A stretch of DNA of 62,656 nucleotides, the filler included, from Squatina squatina (Eukaryota): assembly GCA_031763465.1 (NCBI GenBank). It is 3 parts of 3 records of this genome, joined end to end, with 100 filler letters (N's around TTAATTAATTAA, not from the genome) between each part and the next. Parts side by side here need not be neighbours in the genome. Positions count along the whole stretch, not along the records: positions 20,982 to 35,749 come from JARFOE010000046.1; 2 more parts are not named here. The stretch is one strand, 5' to 3'. The translations under genes were made by a program, and so were the position numbers. Below, piece by piece: positions 21,073 to 33,545 of the stretch. Under the pieces are notes generated by a model. It made no database searches, was not told the origin of the DNA, and saw only the letters and a program-made list of their open reading frames with translations. Position 1 is the first letter of the stretch, and each line of letters starts with the position of its first letter.

Positions 21073-24000
21073 GTAAGGTCGTAAAACGTGAACTTTTGAA
21101 CTTGAGTGCGCCCTGAAGCAATTAGGAGAAGGCATAATAAGGACACCGCCGAATTACAAAGGATGTATAAAAAGAATAGAAAACACCATCAATCAAAATA
21201 GCATCACATAATAAAAGATTACATCCATGTAAGCCGGTGTAGTTACTTACAAATACCATGTGTTTAAGAGCATTTTTGATTGGAATTAGTTTCGGAATCA
21301 AAGTGAAATTAAGGTAATTCTCCAAGTTTTATTTTTGAAACGTTAAGTAACGTGACCTGTTTGAAATTTTAAATAGTTTTTTTCAGTATCCGTGCGATGC
21401 GGTTTGGTGTTAATTGGCTAACTTAAAAGGTTGTTTTTAAAAAAAGAGTAAAACGTATTTTAGAGAAGGACCACATTGAAGCGTTAACATTTCATTTCAG
21501 TCAGATTTTCCTTAAAGTATGTGAGCAGTTTATCCCTTTGTTAATGTTGCCTTGTAGGATAAAATAGAACTAGCTCAGTGTATTGGGTCATATTAAACAG
21601 CAAAATAATGCATTTTGTTGTGAGTACTTTGATAAATTCTAGTTGGCAATCAAATTTAAATGAATGTCTTGCAGTCTTTCTCGTGTAATGCCACGTTTCC
21701 TTTAGTTGCCTTGTTTTACTCTTAATTTACAATTAGTCATTCTACTTTTCGAATGATGTTTTGCATATTCTTACATTCACTATTGCAGCTTTTCCCTGCT
21801 GGTTTAAAATTTTGTTTTTGTAATATGTTTAAACGATACCACTTGCATTTCTGAGGCTGTGTGGAAACAGTGGAAGTATACATTTATTTTGAAAATATTG
21901 ATCAAAGCATTAGTTACCAACTATTACTGTAGATTTCTCATTCTCAAACAGATGAGAATTTGCATTTGTCGTTCTCCTATTGTTTGAGTTATATAAAAAT
22001 ATTTTGTTTTAAATCTATTGTGCTTCCTGTATTTGGGCCTGAAAGTTTTAACTTTAAAAGCATAATTTTCTGGTTTCTTGTTTATGGTGGACATAACTTG
22101 TTTTTTTGATAAATTAATTCATTAGATAAAATTAGAGTTTTGCTGATAAGAAATAAACAAGATTTAGCCGGTTGTACCTTTCTTGGATAATATATAAGGA
22201 ATGCATTTAATGAATTGTATCCTATTGTCTCAGAACAGCTATTTGAAGAATATTAAGTAATAGGAAGACAACTGGCCAGTAATTTAGCAAAGAACAGTTT
22301 TATTATAATTATAACCATGCACTGCAATGAAGTGGTTTCTGTTTCACTGTGATGGTAAAAGTGGTGGTTAAGTAGTAGTTATGTCAATTTGAATCGCTCT
22401 TCAGACCCAAAAGTGTAATGCCCAGCACCTGATGGTTTTGAGACACAAACTGCAGTGTCAGTGTGGTCTTCCAAAGGACATAATAGAACAGGGCATNNNN
22501 NNNNNNNNNNNNNNNNNNNNNNNNNNNNNNNNNNNNNNNNNNNNNNNNNNNNNNNNNNNNNNNNNNNNNNNNNNNNNNNNNNNNNNNNNNNNNNNNTGAA
22601 ATTGAATGAAAAATCTTTAACAAGTTGGTAGCCTGTACAAAGTTACCAAGATGTAATTTGTACATTGTGACATAACCTTGCAGATATCATGACGTGAGGG
22701 CATCAACTGTCTTCAGGGCCATGCAAACTTAAAAAGTAGGATTGCGTTTTGGAGGTGGGGTTGTCACTCTCCTCTCCAAGCCCCAAGTTATGTTATTTGA
22801 TTACTAGCCTCTGTGGATAGATTTTTTTTGTGGCACTGTGATTGGGCGGAAGAAATATAATTTGTGCATTTTGTGTATATTTAATATTTATGCTCTGAAT
22901 GTAGTAACACATTTTAAGGTTGTACAATCTCTATTTGGACACTGATTGCATTTTAAAACAACTGTTGTATTTTTAAAAATCCTATTGGGGAGCACATTTG
23001 AACAGAAGATAAATCTGTTGGTTTTGAAACAATAAATAAGATTTTTCAATATTCCAGAAACACAACATTTTTTAGAATTAAATGTGATTTGATCTTGAGA
23101 AATTATGTAATGTCTTTAAGTAATGACCTATTAACTGTTCGTTCTCAGTAACACACTTGGGCTATTTTGTCATTGCCTGACCTTTAACCTTTCTACATCT
23201 TGTTCAAAAGGGTGAGGGTAGAAAGGGGATGCATGGCTTATCTGCTAATCTAATGTTAACAAAACAGTAATGCCAAAGCGGAGATAGAGGTGATTCTTGA
23301 AAATAATTTTGATTCATTGCCAGTAACTTTGTCTTGACTATATTTTGAAATTAATGAAATTACATTTAACACACTTGTAACTACTGCCTGAAGTATTTTG
23401 CATAAATTGATTAGCTCTTGTTTAGTATCTAAAGGATATTCTGTCTAATCACAGAACAGCAATATTCATTTATAAATCAAGAAATGGTGAAATTCACACA
23501 GTTCACAGTACACAGCTAAATGCTTCGGATTCTAGACCTAGGTGTGTGTTTTCAGTTTGAAGTGCTACATTTTAGAAAATGCTTTTGGCCTGTTGGAATG
23601 TTGCTATCTACATATGATCAAGAAAAATGTGCACAGAACTAAATAGCTGGAAATGCGATGGGATGAGTGGCTTCTTTCAACCATGTATGGGCATTTTATA
23701 ATTTGGTTTGTTATTTGTAATTGTGCTGTGTGTGGATCAAGTGGGCAGTTGGCAAATGTAACTTTTGGTAAGATTCTACTACATAGATCAAATTTTTAAG
23801 TTTAAAGAAATTAGCAGTGTGCTGGTTGTATCTCTAAATAGATGGGGGAAACTAAGTTAGGATACAGCAAAGGCATTTCTTTCATTGTGGAGCAGCCTTT
23901 TCACAATTGCTTAATGTACAGTACAAATTCTTGACTTTAAGTACATATGCTGGGAACATTTTATGGGCAGCCTTTACTGGTGGTCTGTTTCCATGTTTCT

Positions 24001-24465
24001 ACAAGAATTGTTTGCAAGCAGGTACCACTTAACTCAAGCAATTAATAAAGTGTCCTTTGTTAGAGTAAAGGTCAGTAGTGATTCATCATTTTATATTTAA
24101 TATGTATGTGCTACAATAATTATAGATAGTTGAATTAAGATTTCTGTTATGCAGCACAGCATTCTCTTAAAATTCATGGACATCAGAGGTCGTCATTTTG
24201 TCTTCACAGCAGTGCCCTGGAAGTACATTTGCTTCTCTTGTTTTGGGAGCAACAAGCCAACAACCAAAATTCTCTTGAATCTTGTCCAATTTATTTTAAA
24301 AGATAACGTATAAGGACTCAGCATTAGCTCTTGCCTGCTTGTCCAAGTGGAGTGATTATTTTGTGGAATCGGACTCCCAAACTTGGTTGTTTTGAAGTTA
24401 AGCCACTTAGGCTAAAAAAAAATGCTCTTAATCGGTTTAAATTAGGAGCAATTTTTATGGGTACA

Positions 24466-24895
24466 GGAAAAGGGGGCACATACCCAAAGGGAAAAGGACA
24501 CTTACTAGAAAAGAAAAAGAGCACATGTCAAAGTAAAAAGGGGAATTACCAGAGGTGAAAATGGGGCACTCCTCACACTTAATAAGGGGCACTTATGATA
24601 ACGGAAAAAAGTGCAATTATCAGAAGGAAAATGGTACTAATTAGAAAGGATAAGTTCAAGTTCAAGTTCATTTTATTCAAAACCACACAAAACATGATAT
24701 AATCTTTTACAACAAAAAAGACTGGTAATAGTACATTAATCAATTTGATTACATCAAGGGGCACGTGTCAAAATAAAAGGGGCAACTATCAGAGATGAAA
24801 AGGGGCACTTATTACAGAGTTAAAGGGGGCACCTCTCAAATATGAATAAGGGCACTCATCAGAGATTTTTTAAAAAGAGTCACTTAATAGAAAGA
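24466..24895. repeat. Degenerate tandem array, unit about 22-24 bp, built on AAAAGGGGCAC and interrupted by an (AAGTTC)n-ended insert
   Basis: More than 10 variants of aaggggcac/aaggacac/aagagcac at regular spacing. Confidence 0.7.
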
Positions 24896-27598
24896 AGAAA
24901 AAAAATCTCACGCACAAATTATGCAAAAGCGTTGAGTAATTGCGTCCNNNNNNNNNNNNNNNNNNNNNNNNNNNNNNNNNNNNNNNNNNNNNNNNNNNNN
25001 NNNNNNNNNNNNNNNNNNNNNNNNNNNNNNNNNNNNNNNNNNNNNNNAGCTATCTTTCTTTACAGGAAACCAGAGTAAATCCAGTATCGTCCATTTTGTG
25101 GAATCTGGGTTGGCATAACATTTTCAAATATCAAGGAAGGCTAAGATACATTTTTAAATCATCATTATTGATAAAATATTTCCATGCATTTCTGTTCATA
25201 TTGAGGAAAATCTATTTTTGACCAGTAGATTTTTTTCAAAAAACCTGACCTAAATGGAGGTGGAGTTTGTTAATGCAGCATTGCAAAAAACACTTGTCTG
25301 CATATAAAAGAGATGCATCCTCTGTAAAGTCCTTAAGATGCTTTTTAGATTTGTGGAAGTACTGCTCGTTTAATGTCCGATTGGATGTATGTTTTTAATG
25401 AGAAAATTGAAAATGTCAAAATTCCCTTTACTGCAGAAGTACTTGTTTGAACAAGCCATTGATGAAATAACCATGCATTAAGAATGCTAAATGTATGTAC
25501 TGTTTCTGTTCAAGATACTGAAATTCATAAAACATTTTGTCAAAACAGTTAAGTAATTCTTTTGAACTAAAATATAATGGAGGATGTGAAGCAACATAGT
25601 TTAAAAACAAAAGGACATGGCAACATTTGTACATACATTAAACTAGGAAGAATGGCATTTGAGCAGCTGCAAGCTCAGTTCACTTTTTTAAAAAAGAGAT
25701 GGGCTAGTATTACACTACAGGAGGTGATGTGATTTGCAAACATGCAAAAGTGTGAAGTAACTTAAATGAGACAGAGATTTCCCTTGACACTGGTCAATCT
25801 GTTGAACACTTCTTAAAGCAAGATTTCTTGCTGAGGCATAGCCAGTCAGTTTAACCCCGTAACAATAGAAAGCAGTGAATGTGCAACAGAAGTTATTCAA
25901 AAAAAAAAGTCAAGTGTGCATGTAATATAGAAAAACTGCAATGCTTTTGCATGTGTATGTAGGTTTTCCATAGGGACTCTATTGAAAGGATGTTGAGTAT
26001 TCTTCTAAGCCACCATGAGATTTTGTTGTTCTGTTTTACTGCTGCCAGATTATGTATACACCCATTCAGATGTGTATCTGTAAGAAAGATAAGACTTTTG
26101 GTTATATTTTTAAGTGTAAGCAGGATTCCTGTGATACAAATGTAAAGAAAGATCACATTATGGAAAGCTCTTTTGAAGAAAACATTGCACAAATTAAACA
26201 AAGCATATATAATATTTTGTCAATAGAAATTTCTGTAATCATCAAAAATCTGCTTGATGTGAATTGTTTGAGAAATGTGCATACTATTTGAAATTCTGAA
26301 GTTCACCAGCTTAAAAATATCATGCAGTTCTAAAGAGTCATGATTAACTTAACATATTTCAAAAAGTTATATAAGTAATAACAAATTATTTTAACTTTGC
26401 ACAAGTTGTTGATGCATTTGGAATATTGTGCGATGCTTGGGGCCTCCTACATACATTGATGCATTGGAGAAGATTTGGAAAATAGTAACAAAGGTGATTT
26501 CAAGATTAACACACTATAAATTAGGAGGAGCCTCTGATGGGCCTTTTTTTCGCCAACTTTCTCCCTTCCATTCCTGAAGATAGAGTTTCAACTTGCTGTC
26601 TGAGTNNNNNNNNNNNNNNNNNNNNNNNNNNNNNNNNNNNNNNNNNNNNNNNNNNNNNNNNNNNNNNNNNNNNNNNNNNNNNNNNNNNNNNNNNNNNNNN
26701 NNNNNTTTGTAATTATTTATTACAGACATTCCCATTTCAAAAAAATCACAATACAAACTGTTCCAGATGTTAACAGTTGTAGTTTGATGTGATTGGTTCT
26801 TTGAGATGACCAGCATAATGATCCAGTATCAACTCTGGCCTGTCTGTAACCATCTGGTCCTCTCACTGGACAGCTGCTGAGCATGTTGCAGCATGTATTG
26901 TGTGAGTGACCATCTGCTGATCCCATATTAGTACTTCAATCAGCCCAGGAAGTGGACTCATCATTAGGTATAATGAGTTTTTGAACAGGTAAAGGGTATA
27001 GTGTGAACTCGTATTCTAGAAACCCTGAAACTGTTATTTAAAGTACAGCTTATAGCACATTAGATTTCCATATTTCATAGTAAACAAGATTTTTTTCTGT
27101 TTTTCAAAACTGTACCAAGCATTACAGCATTGATTTTTTTTTGGCATGTTTCATGTGCTTTTCCTATTAACAAAGGAGCAATGAAACCATGCAAGATAGA
27201 TTGTGATAAATCGGAGTGTTATTTATTGCAAAGTGTTGTACAAAAATTGTCTTGAGGTTACAAGTTGCAAGGATAATTGAAGCTTTGTTTGCATAATTAA
27301 GGTACAATTATTGCATTCTTTAAATATTAAATATGATTCTTCTACAACCCATTTGGTTACAGCTTGACAGCATTCATTTCAACAAAATATAGTAAAACAT
27401 TAGCCTTTTAATTCTTTTTTTCCTTTACACCAACTTTTATTTTGCCCTTTTTTAATTTGTGACTTTTGCGTTGTTTTTTCCCCTTTTTGCTTAATTTGNN
27501 NNNNNNNNNNNNNNNNNNNNNNNNNNNNNNNNNNNNNNNNNNNNNNNNNNNNNNNNNNNNNNNNNNNNNNNNNNNNNNNNNNNNNNNNNNNNNNNNNN

Positions 27599-27990
27599 GG
27601 TAATGAATAGTGAAAGACTAAGGAGTCAATGATGAGTAATCAATTTAAAACTAAAAGTGAGTAGAGACGTTGGGAGAAATTTCTTTACGCAGAGTTGTTG
27701 GAATGTGGAATACTTAGAGAGTTGAGGCAGAGAGCATTGCATCTTTTAAGGAAAATATGAATAAATATTTGAAGCAGAGGAAGAGTAGGATTTGTTATGG
27801 ATTGCTGTAGCTAAGATCTGGCAAGAACATAATCAGCTGAATGGCCTCCTTCCTGTGCTGTAACTTGTGAATTTTTGGTAGGACAAGTGTATTTTTATCT
27901 TGCTAAATGGAGTTGATGTAGAGGTCAGCCATGATCTAATAGAATGGTGGAATACACTCAAGGGGTTGAATGGCCTACTCCTATTGCTAT
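27599..27990 (+). mobile_element. CR1 3' fragments
   Basis: ttctttacgcagagttgttggaatgtggaa..., then a cagccatgatc...aatggcctactcct tail. Confidence 0.7.
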
Positions 27991-28155
27991 TTTGCTTTTG
28001 AATGGATGAATACCATGAGTTTTGAGCTTCATGAACTGGTTATATTGTACTCTCTTTTCTAACTAGTTATCGATCAAAACAAGTAATTGTGAAGCATCCC
28101 TTTTCAATACAAACCTTAGGACTTGGATAGAAATCACCATGTGAACCATGCCAGT

Positions 28156-28243
28156 GATGGACCTCAAGGTACAACCAACGGTCGATGGTTTAATTTGAAA
28201 AGTCAAAACTCACCGACAGCGTTGAATGTTCACTGAAGCCATC
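28156..28243 (-). ncRNA. MIR181A: pre-miR-181a hairpin, copy 1 (5p 28208-28230; 3p 28168-28189)
   Basis: Minus strand gives the exact mature AACAUUCAACGCUGUCGGUGAGU and 3p ACCAUCGACCGUUGGUUGUACC. The lower stem gatggcttcag pairs with ttgaggtccatc. The 5' flank gcttcagtg resembles mir-181a-1. Confidence 0.96.
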
Positions 28244-28393
28244 NNNNNNNNNNNNNNNNNNNNNNNNNNNNNNNNNNNNNNNNNNNNNNNNNNNNNNNNN
28301 NNNNNNNNNNNNNNNNNNNNNNNNNNNNNNNNNNNNNNNNNNNTGTGGTAGCGAGTTCCACATTCTTACCACTCTCCGCAGCAGTCATCATCC

Positions 28394-28475
28394 CGGCCGC
28401 AGGGTACATTCAACGGTCGATGGTTTCTCTCATGTCCAAACTCACCGACAGCGTTGAATGTTCACTGAAGCCATC
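28394..28475 (-). ncRNA. MIR181A: pre-miR-181a hairpin, copy 2 (5p 28440-28462; 3p 28403-28424), possibly a chimera with a paralogous locus
   Basis: Same mature 5p, but different loop (ttggacatgagagaa), 3p arm (ACCAUCGACCGUUGAAUGUACC) and 3' flank. Shares an identical 38 bp with copy 1. Confidence 0.75.
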
Positions 28476-28719
28476 AGAAAAGCAAAAGCTGATTCAAAGT
28501 GAGGCTGTTTCTCTTTGCTTGACCTAGCTGTTCAGGAAGTATTAATCTGTCAGCAGAACTGCTGAGGATAGCAAGTCTATATACCCACATTCCATACATA
28601 ACATTATTCTTTGCACATAAAGTGGAACTACCTTGGTATCGTAAGAATAGTTAGTATGATCTAAAAGGCTTTTTTATTATAAAATAATTGGTATAAAACA
28701 TCCTTCCGTTAAAACAAAG

Positions 28720-29070
28720 AATCTACAACATAGAAACAATCCATTTAGCCCAACTGGTTTATCCTGGATATTATACCCCTCAAGCCTCCTCCCACACAAA
28801 TTACCTCTCCACAACCTGCCTCCTTCCCCCCACCCCCCCAGTATCCCCCTANNNNNNNNNNNNNNNNNNNNNNNNNNNNNNNNNNNNNNNNNNNNNNNNN
28901 NNNNNNNNNNNNNNNNNNNNNNNNNNNNNNNNNNNNNNNNNNNNNNNNNNNTTAAACCCCTTGTAATTTTGAACACTCCTATTAAATCCCCTCTTACTCT
29001 TCTCTACTCTAAGGACAACATCCTAACTTCTCTAGTCTCTCCACATAATTGAAGTCCCCTGTCCCTGAGT
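28720..29070 (-). mobile_element. CR1 3' fragments on both sides of a gap
   Basis: ttaaaccccttgtaattttgaacact...ctctccacataattgaagtccc; tail acaacatagaaacaatccatttagccc. Confidence 0.65.
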
Positions 29071-31558
29071 AAGCTTAGCTGGATGTTGATTGAGGATAGC
29101 ATTAGGCTCAACTGTGATGACCCCACTGTCAAATATCTTGCTGATGCTCACTGTTATTGTTCACACATGAAGAATGATTACTTTGGTGCTGGAGAGCTGC
29201 TGCCACTGTTGGAACTATACTACAGCATGAGCCAGCGCTTCTGGGACAGAAAGAAAATTGTGGAATTGTATTGTAATTGAGTTGAAGAATCACAATCTGA
29301 CTGCAAAAATATACTAACATTAAAAACCATTTTGTGGAAGAAAAAAAGTTTTCTAACTTGGAGTATAAAGACCACCCAGCAGAGTTGGAAGCTGGATGTA
29401 GGAATAATAGTATGCTGGAGTTTTTTTTTCTATCCAGTCTTCCTTAAAAGTATTTAATGGCTATGCCTGTAGGCAGTAGGGTAAATGACCATATGGGCTC
29501 CATGATTTTATGTGCTACTTCATTAAAGTTTGTTTTAATGGCATCCAAGATACTTTTTTTTTAAAGTAGCCGTTCTTAACAGGGTCCCCAGAAGCAAACG
29601 TAGTGCAGTTGTGGCTTTCTGTGACTTCAGAGCTGACACTAATGCATCAAAGGCTATCATTTCCTGTTCATTGCAGACCCCTCTGCATGTGCTTAGTAAC
29701 CTGTTTCAACCTTTGTGTTCCTGTGCTTGTAATTGTGTGCTAACAAATCGCCTTTGTCCACCAAATCGAATGGTGGCTGGATCTGGCGAATTGCTGTCTG
29801 GTTTGTATTCAAATCCAGGTAAGGAGTCAGAGAAGTGGAAGGATATGGGGCAGTCCAGCAAATAAATCTGCTCATTTTTATGGCACCTTGATAGAATACC
29901 CTGCTTAACTGTTTAGAGCTGGTCAGTCTAGAAAGTTTTTTTATCTAATATATTTAGGCAGATAGACCATTCACAGTCTGTGTTTTTTTTTAAAGTAAAC
30001 ACCAAATAAATAAGTGTTTGCCATAGTTTTAAAAATGTATATTAGATGTTAAAAAATCAAATCACTGCAGAATTTATTATTTTTAATCTATGCTGCCAAA
30101 TACAGTACAGATCAAAAATCAATCTAATCAATTTATCAAGAACTTAAAAACATTCGTTTCTACTGTTTACTGACAGCAGAGTTTATAAATGGGCTAGTAT
30201 GCAGCGGTGTCAATTTCCAAAGTCTGCTAAGAGTGTTATCATTGATGTGATAGAAGACATGCAGCAAATTCTCCAGGACAACTTAACATATAAAACAGCT
30301 GCTAAAAGATAGTAACTACTTGATACAATCCCTAAAATAACTTCGCATCTACAAATGTTTTTTTTTCCTTTTAAAGCTTTGTTTAACTTTCACCTGGAAA
30401 GATGCTTTTGATAAAGGATCTCTGTTTGGAGGATCTGTTAAGCTTGGTAAGTACTTGTTTTTATTATGGTATTTCCCAGGGGCAAAACAAATAAAACTTT
30501 CCTCTTTTTTTTTCTCCTTCTCTTCTGGCCTGCTAATCCTTCTGCAACCTGAAATTTTGTACAGTTCATGGGTCATCTCTATCTCTGGTCTCCAGCACAT
30601 CTTCCATTTACTCAACAGTAAGTACCTGCAGTTTAAATAATTTGTTTGCTCCTTATTTCCTACATATTCAGGATATCGTGTGCACAGAGGTTTAGTACAA
30701 AATACTCTGTTTCATTAACTTTTGAATAATATTTTCATGCTTTTTTCCTTTCCTCTTCTTGGCAATGGCTTCAAATGTAAAGTTCCAGTTTATAAGAGTT
30801 TTATGTTGTTGCTCTGCCAACTGTTTTNNNNNNNNNNNNNNNNNNNNNNNNNNNNNNNNNNNNNNNNNNNNNNNNNNNNNNNNNNNNNNNNGGTCCCTTT
30901 GAACATCAACCTTTCCCAATCTCTCGCCATTCAAAAGAAAATCTGCATTTCTGAATTTTTGGTGTTTATGTTTACAGTGCATGGATGGTTGATATGTATT
31001 TTTGTACACATATAGAATAATTAGCAAGTATATGGCAGCATAGCAATCTTAAAGGACATTGGTTCAATTTTCTTTATACTTTACAATGTATACCTCAGCA
31101 GAAGCTTGACATATCTTTTATGTTCTCTTTTTGTCTCAAACTCAGACAGCTTTGTGAGTAGCAGTGTGCGGATTAAAAGCTTTTAGACAAAAGCAGGCGC
31201 GACTTGGAGAAAAAAAAGCATGGAGTATTTCCTGTCACTCAACGCATTCCATTTCACTCACCACAAAAAAATCTGAGCACCATTTTCTGTATTACAGCAA
31301 TTTCATCTACATTTTCAGTTAGCATGCTTTTGCTACTTCAGTTTTTTTAAAAAGCACAACAGAATGAAACTGGCAGTCTTTTACAAGGCAAGGCAAGTCA
31401 AGCTCACGCATGAGCACCTCACGCATCCATTTTTTCTGCACAGCAGCTGGCTGACCTGTCTCGTCCACTGATGGCCTATTGAGCGACCTGGACTGTCTGG
31501 TTTTGGCTCATGCCTTTGTCCATGTCTGGCTGAGTTCCTCTCTGTCTATATTTGTTTC

Positions 31559-31919
31559 ACTAGACCCTCAGGCACTAGTAGACCCTCAGGTAGTGTTAGA
31601 CTCTCATACTCTGATAGACCCTCAGGCAGATAGACCCTCAGGCAGTGATAGACCCTCAGACACTGATAGAACCTCAGACCCTGATAGACCCTCAAGCAGT
31701 GATGGACCCTCAGGCAGTGAGAGACCCTCAGGCACTGATAGTACTTCAGACTCTGAGACCCTCAGGCACTGATAGACCCTCAGACACTGATAGACCCTCA
31801 GGCAGTGATAGACCCTCAGGCAGTGATAGATCCTCAGGCAGTGATAGATCCTCAGGCAGTGAGAGACCCTCAAGCACTGATAGACCCTCAGGCAGTGATA
31901 GACCCTCAGACACTGATAG
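31559..31919. repeat. 18-bp minisatellite (GACCCTCAGGCAGTGATA)n, about 20 copies, running into a gap
   Basis: Direct reading; explains the IDPQAV and DRPSGS repetitive ORFs. Confidence 0.95.
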
Positions 31920-33545
31920 NNNNNNNNNNNNNNNNNNNNNNNNNNNNNNNNNNNNNNNNNNNNNNNNNNNNNNNNNNNNNNNNNNNNNNNNNNNNNNNNN
32001 NNNNNNNNNNNNNNNNNNNAACTGACACTTCAGATGTTAATATAGCTAATCTCGAGGCAAGCACAGCTCGGAGCGAGGGCTGCAACACTGCAGGCCTTAG
32101 TCTCCAACCCTTGGTCCCTGTAAACAGTCCTCGATGGAAGCACAGAAGTGCTGCATTTGCCTTTCATACTTGCTGATAGTGCTCCGGGCTATGGCGGTGT
32201 CTTTATTTGAAAGTAATTAGCAAAGAGGCCATTTACACATGATTCAAGGATAAACAATTGCTGTGTCCAATGAATTTTTTGATATATTTTCAGTCACTCT
32301 TGAATAAAGATTTATAAAATATGGCAAAAATTAGTAGCATATTGACAGTTATATGTGCATTTTATTGTACTTAAATGCATCTGAGCACATAAGAGCCTTT
32401 TATGTTCAAGTGCAATGCATTCATTTATGCAATAAATTAAGTATGTACAACAAACTCTTTAAAAGTTATAATTTGAGAGCAGAAAACTTTATCACTTGCA
32501 GACCAATAAATCATGATTCTTAATCCATTCCATATGCATATTTTTTTTTCAAAAAGTAGTATGAAGAGTCCTTCAGCTCAGAACAAAAGAGCACGTGCTG
32601 AAACAGGACTTCTGATCCAGCAACAGTATCCGACCAGAATAATCTTAAAACCCACTTCCTTAGTATAACCTTTAGCATCCTTTTTCTTCGGGCTAGTAAG
32701 AATAGAAATAAAAATCTTACCAAACAATAGAGGAAGATCACTCCTGGAGCAACTTGCATTACGTCAGCCGCAAGGTTGGATCTTTGTCAAAAAAATGTTG
32801 CAGCTAGTGTAGGAAGGAAGACGACTTCCCCATAATTGAAACTGTAAGTTTTAAAAAAAAATAGAATTATTGTTGTCAGCCAGTCTGCAATGTGGCCTGA
32901 GGTGGGAGTTGAGCCATGAGTTTTGTTAGCATATATCAGCAGCTTGTGAGCCACCCAGACAAGGCATTGATCAGCTCCAGATTTCCTTACAGCCCCTGTC
33001 TGCTTCACTGAATTGAACTATATATGACCCAAATGATGGACAGGAGCAAATTTAGTCATGTGCAATGCTGGAACACAGACTATTCGCTGAGCTCTGGCAG
33101 ATTGGAGGTTGGCTTCTGATTGGGCCAGACCATGATCATTGAGACGTGAAGTCCTTACCATTCAGGCCTTGTTATATAGGGGTGGCTGTTTAGGTGTCTG
33201 GCTGCCAGCAATTGTCATAGAAAGCTCTTCAATAATTATTTTCTCTCTTGCTGGAATGCGCTGCGTGAGTAAGGAGAAACTTAGTTTTGCTGTCATTCCT
33301 TTAGACAAATGCTGTATGGATTTAATAAAATGCATATTTACAGGGAAAAGACACACAGAAAGCTCTTTAAAGTCCAGGAATGATGCTACCTTTTGAATGT
33401 AAAGTTTGTTTTAAAGGCAATAGCTGCACTTACATTCATGAAACTNNNNNNNNNNNNNNNNNNNNNNNNNNNNNNNNNNNNNNNNNNNNNNNNNNNNNNN
33501 NNNNNNNNNNNNNNNNNNNNNNNNNNNNNNNNNNNNNNNNNNNNN

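Noticed and set aside
21060-21116. C/D box snoRNA (GTGATGA ... CTGA)
   Set aside because: Short, with a weak terminal stem, no convincing C'/D' boxes and no rRNA antisense element I can recognise; the splice-site reading fits better
31559-31919. Regular repeat array resembling a CRISPR array or a repetitive-protein gene (IDPQAV, DRPSGS)
   Set aside because: Pure head-to-tail 18-bp units with no unique spacers and no cas genes, in a vertebrate context; frames stay open only because the period is a multiple of 3
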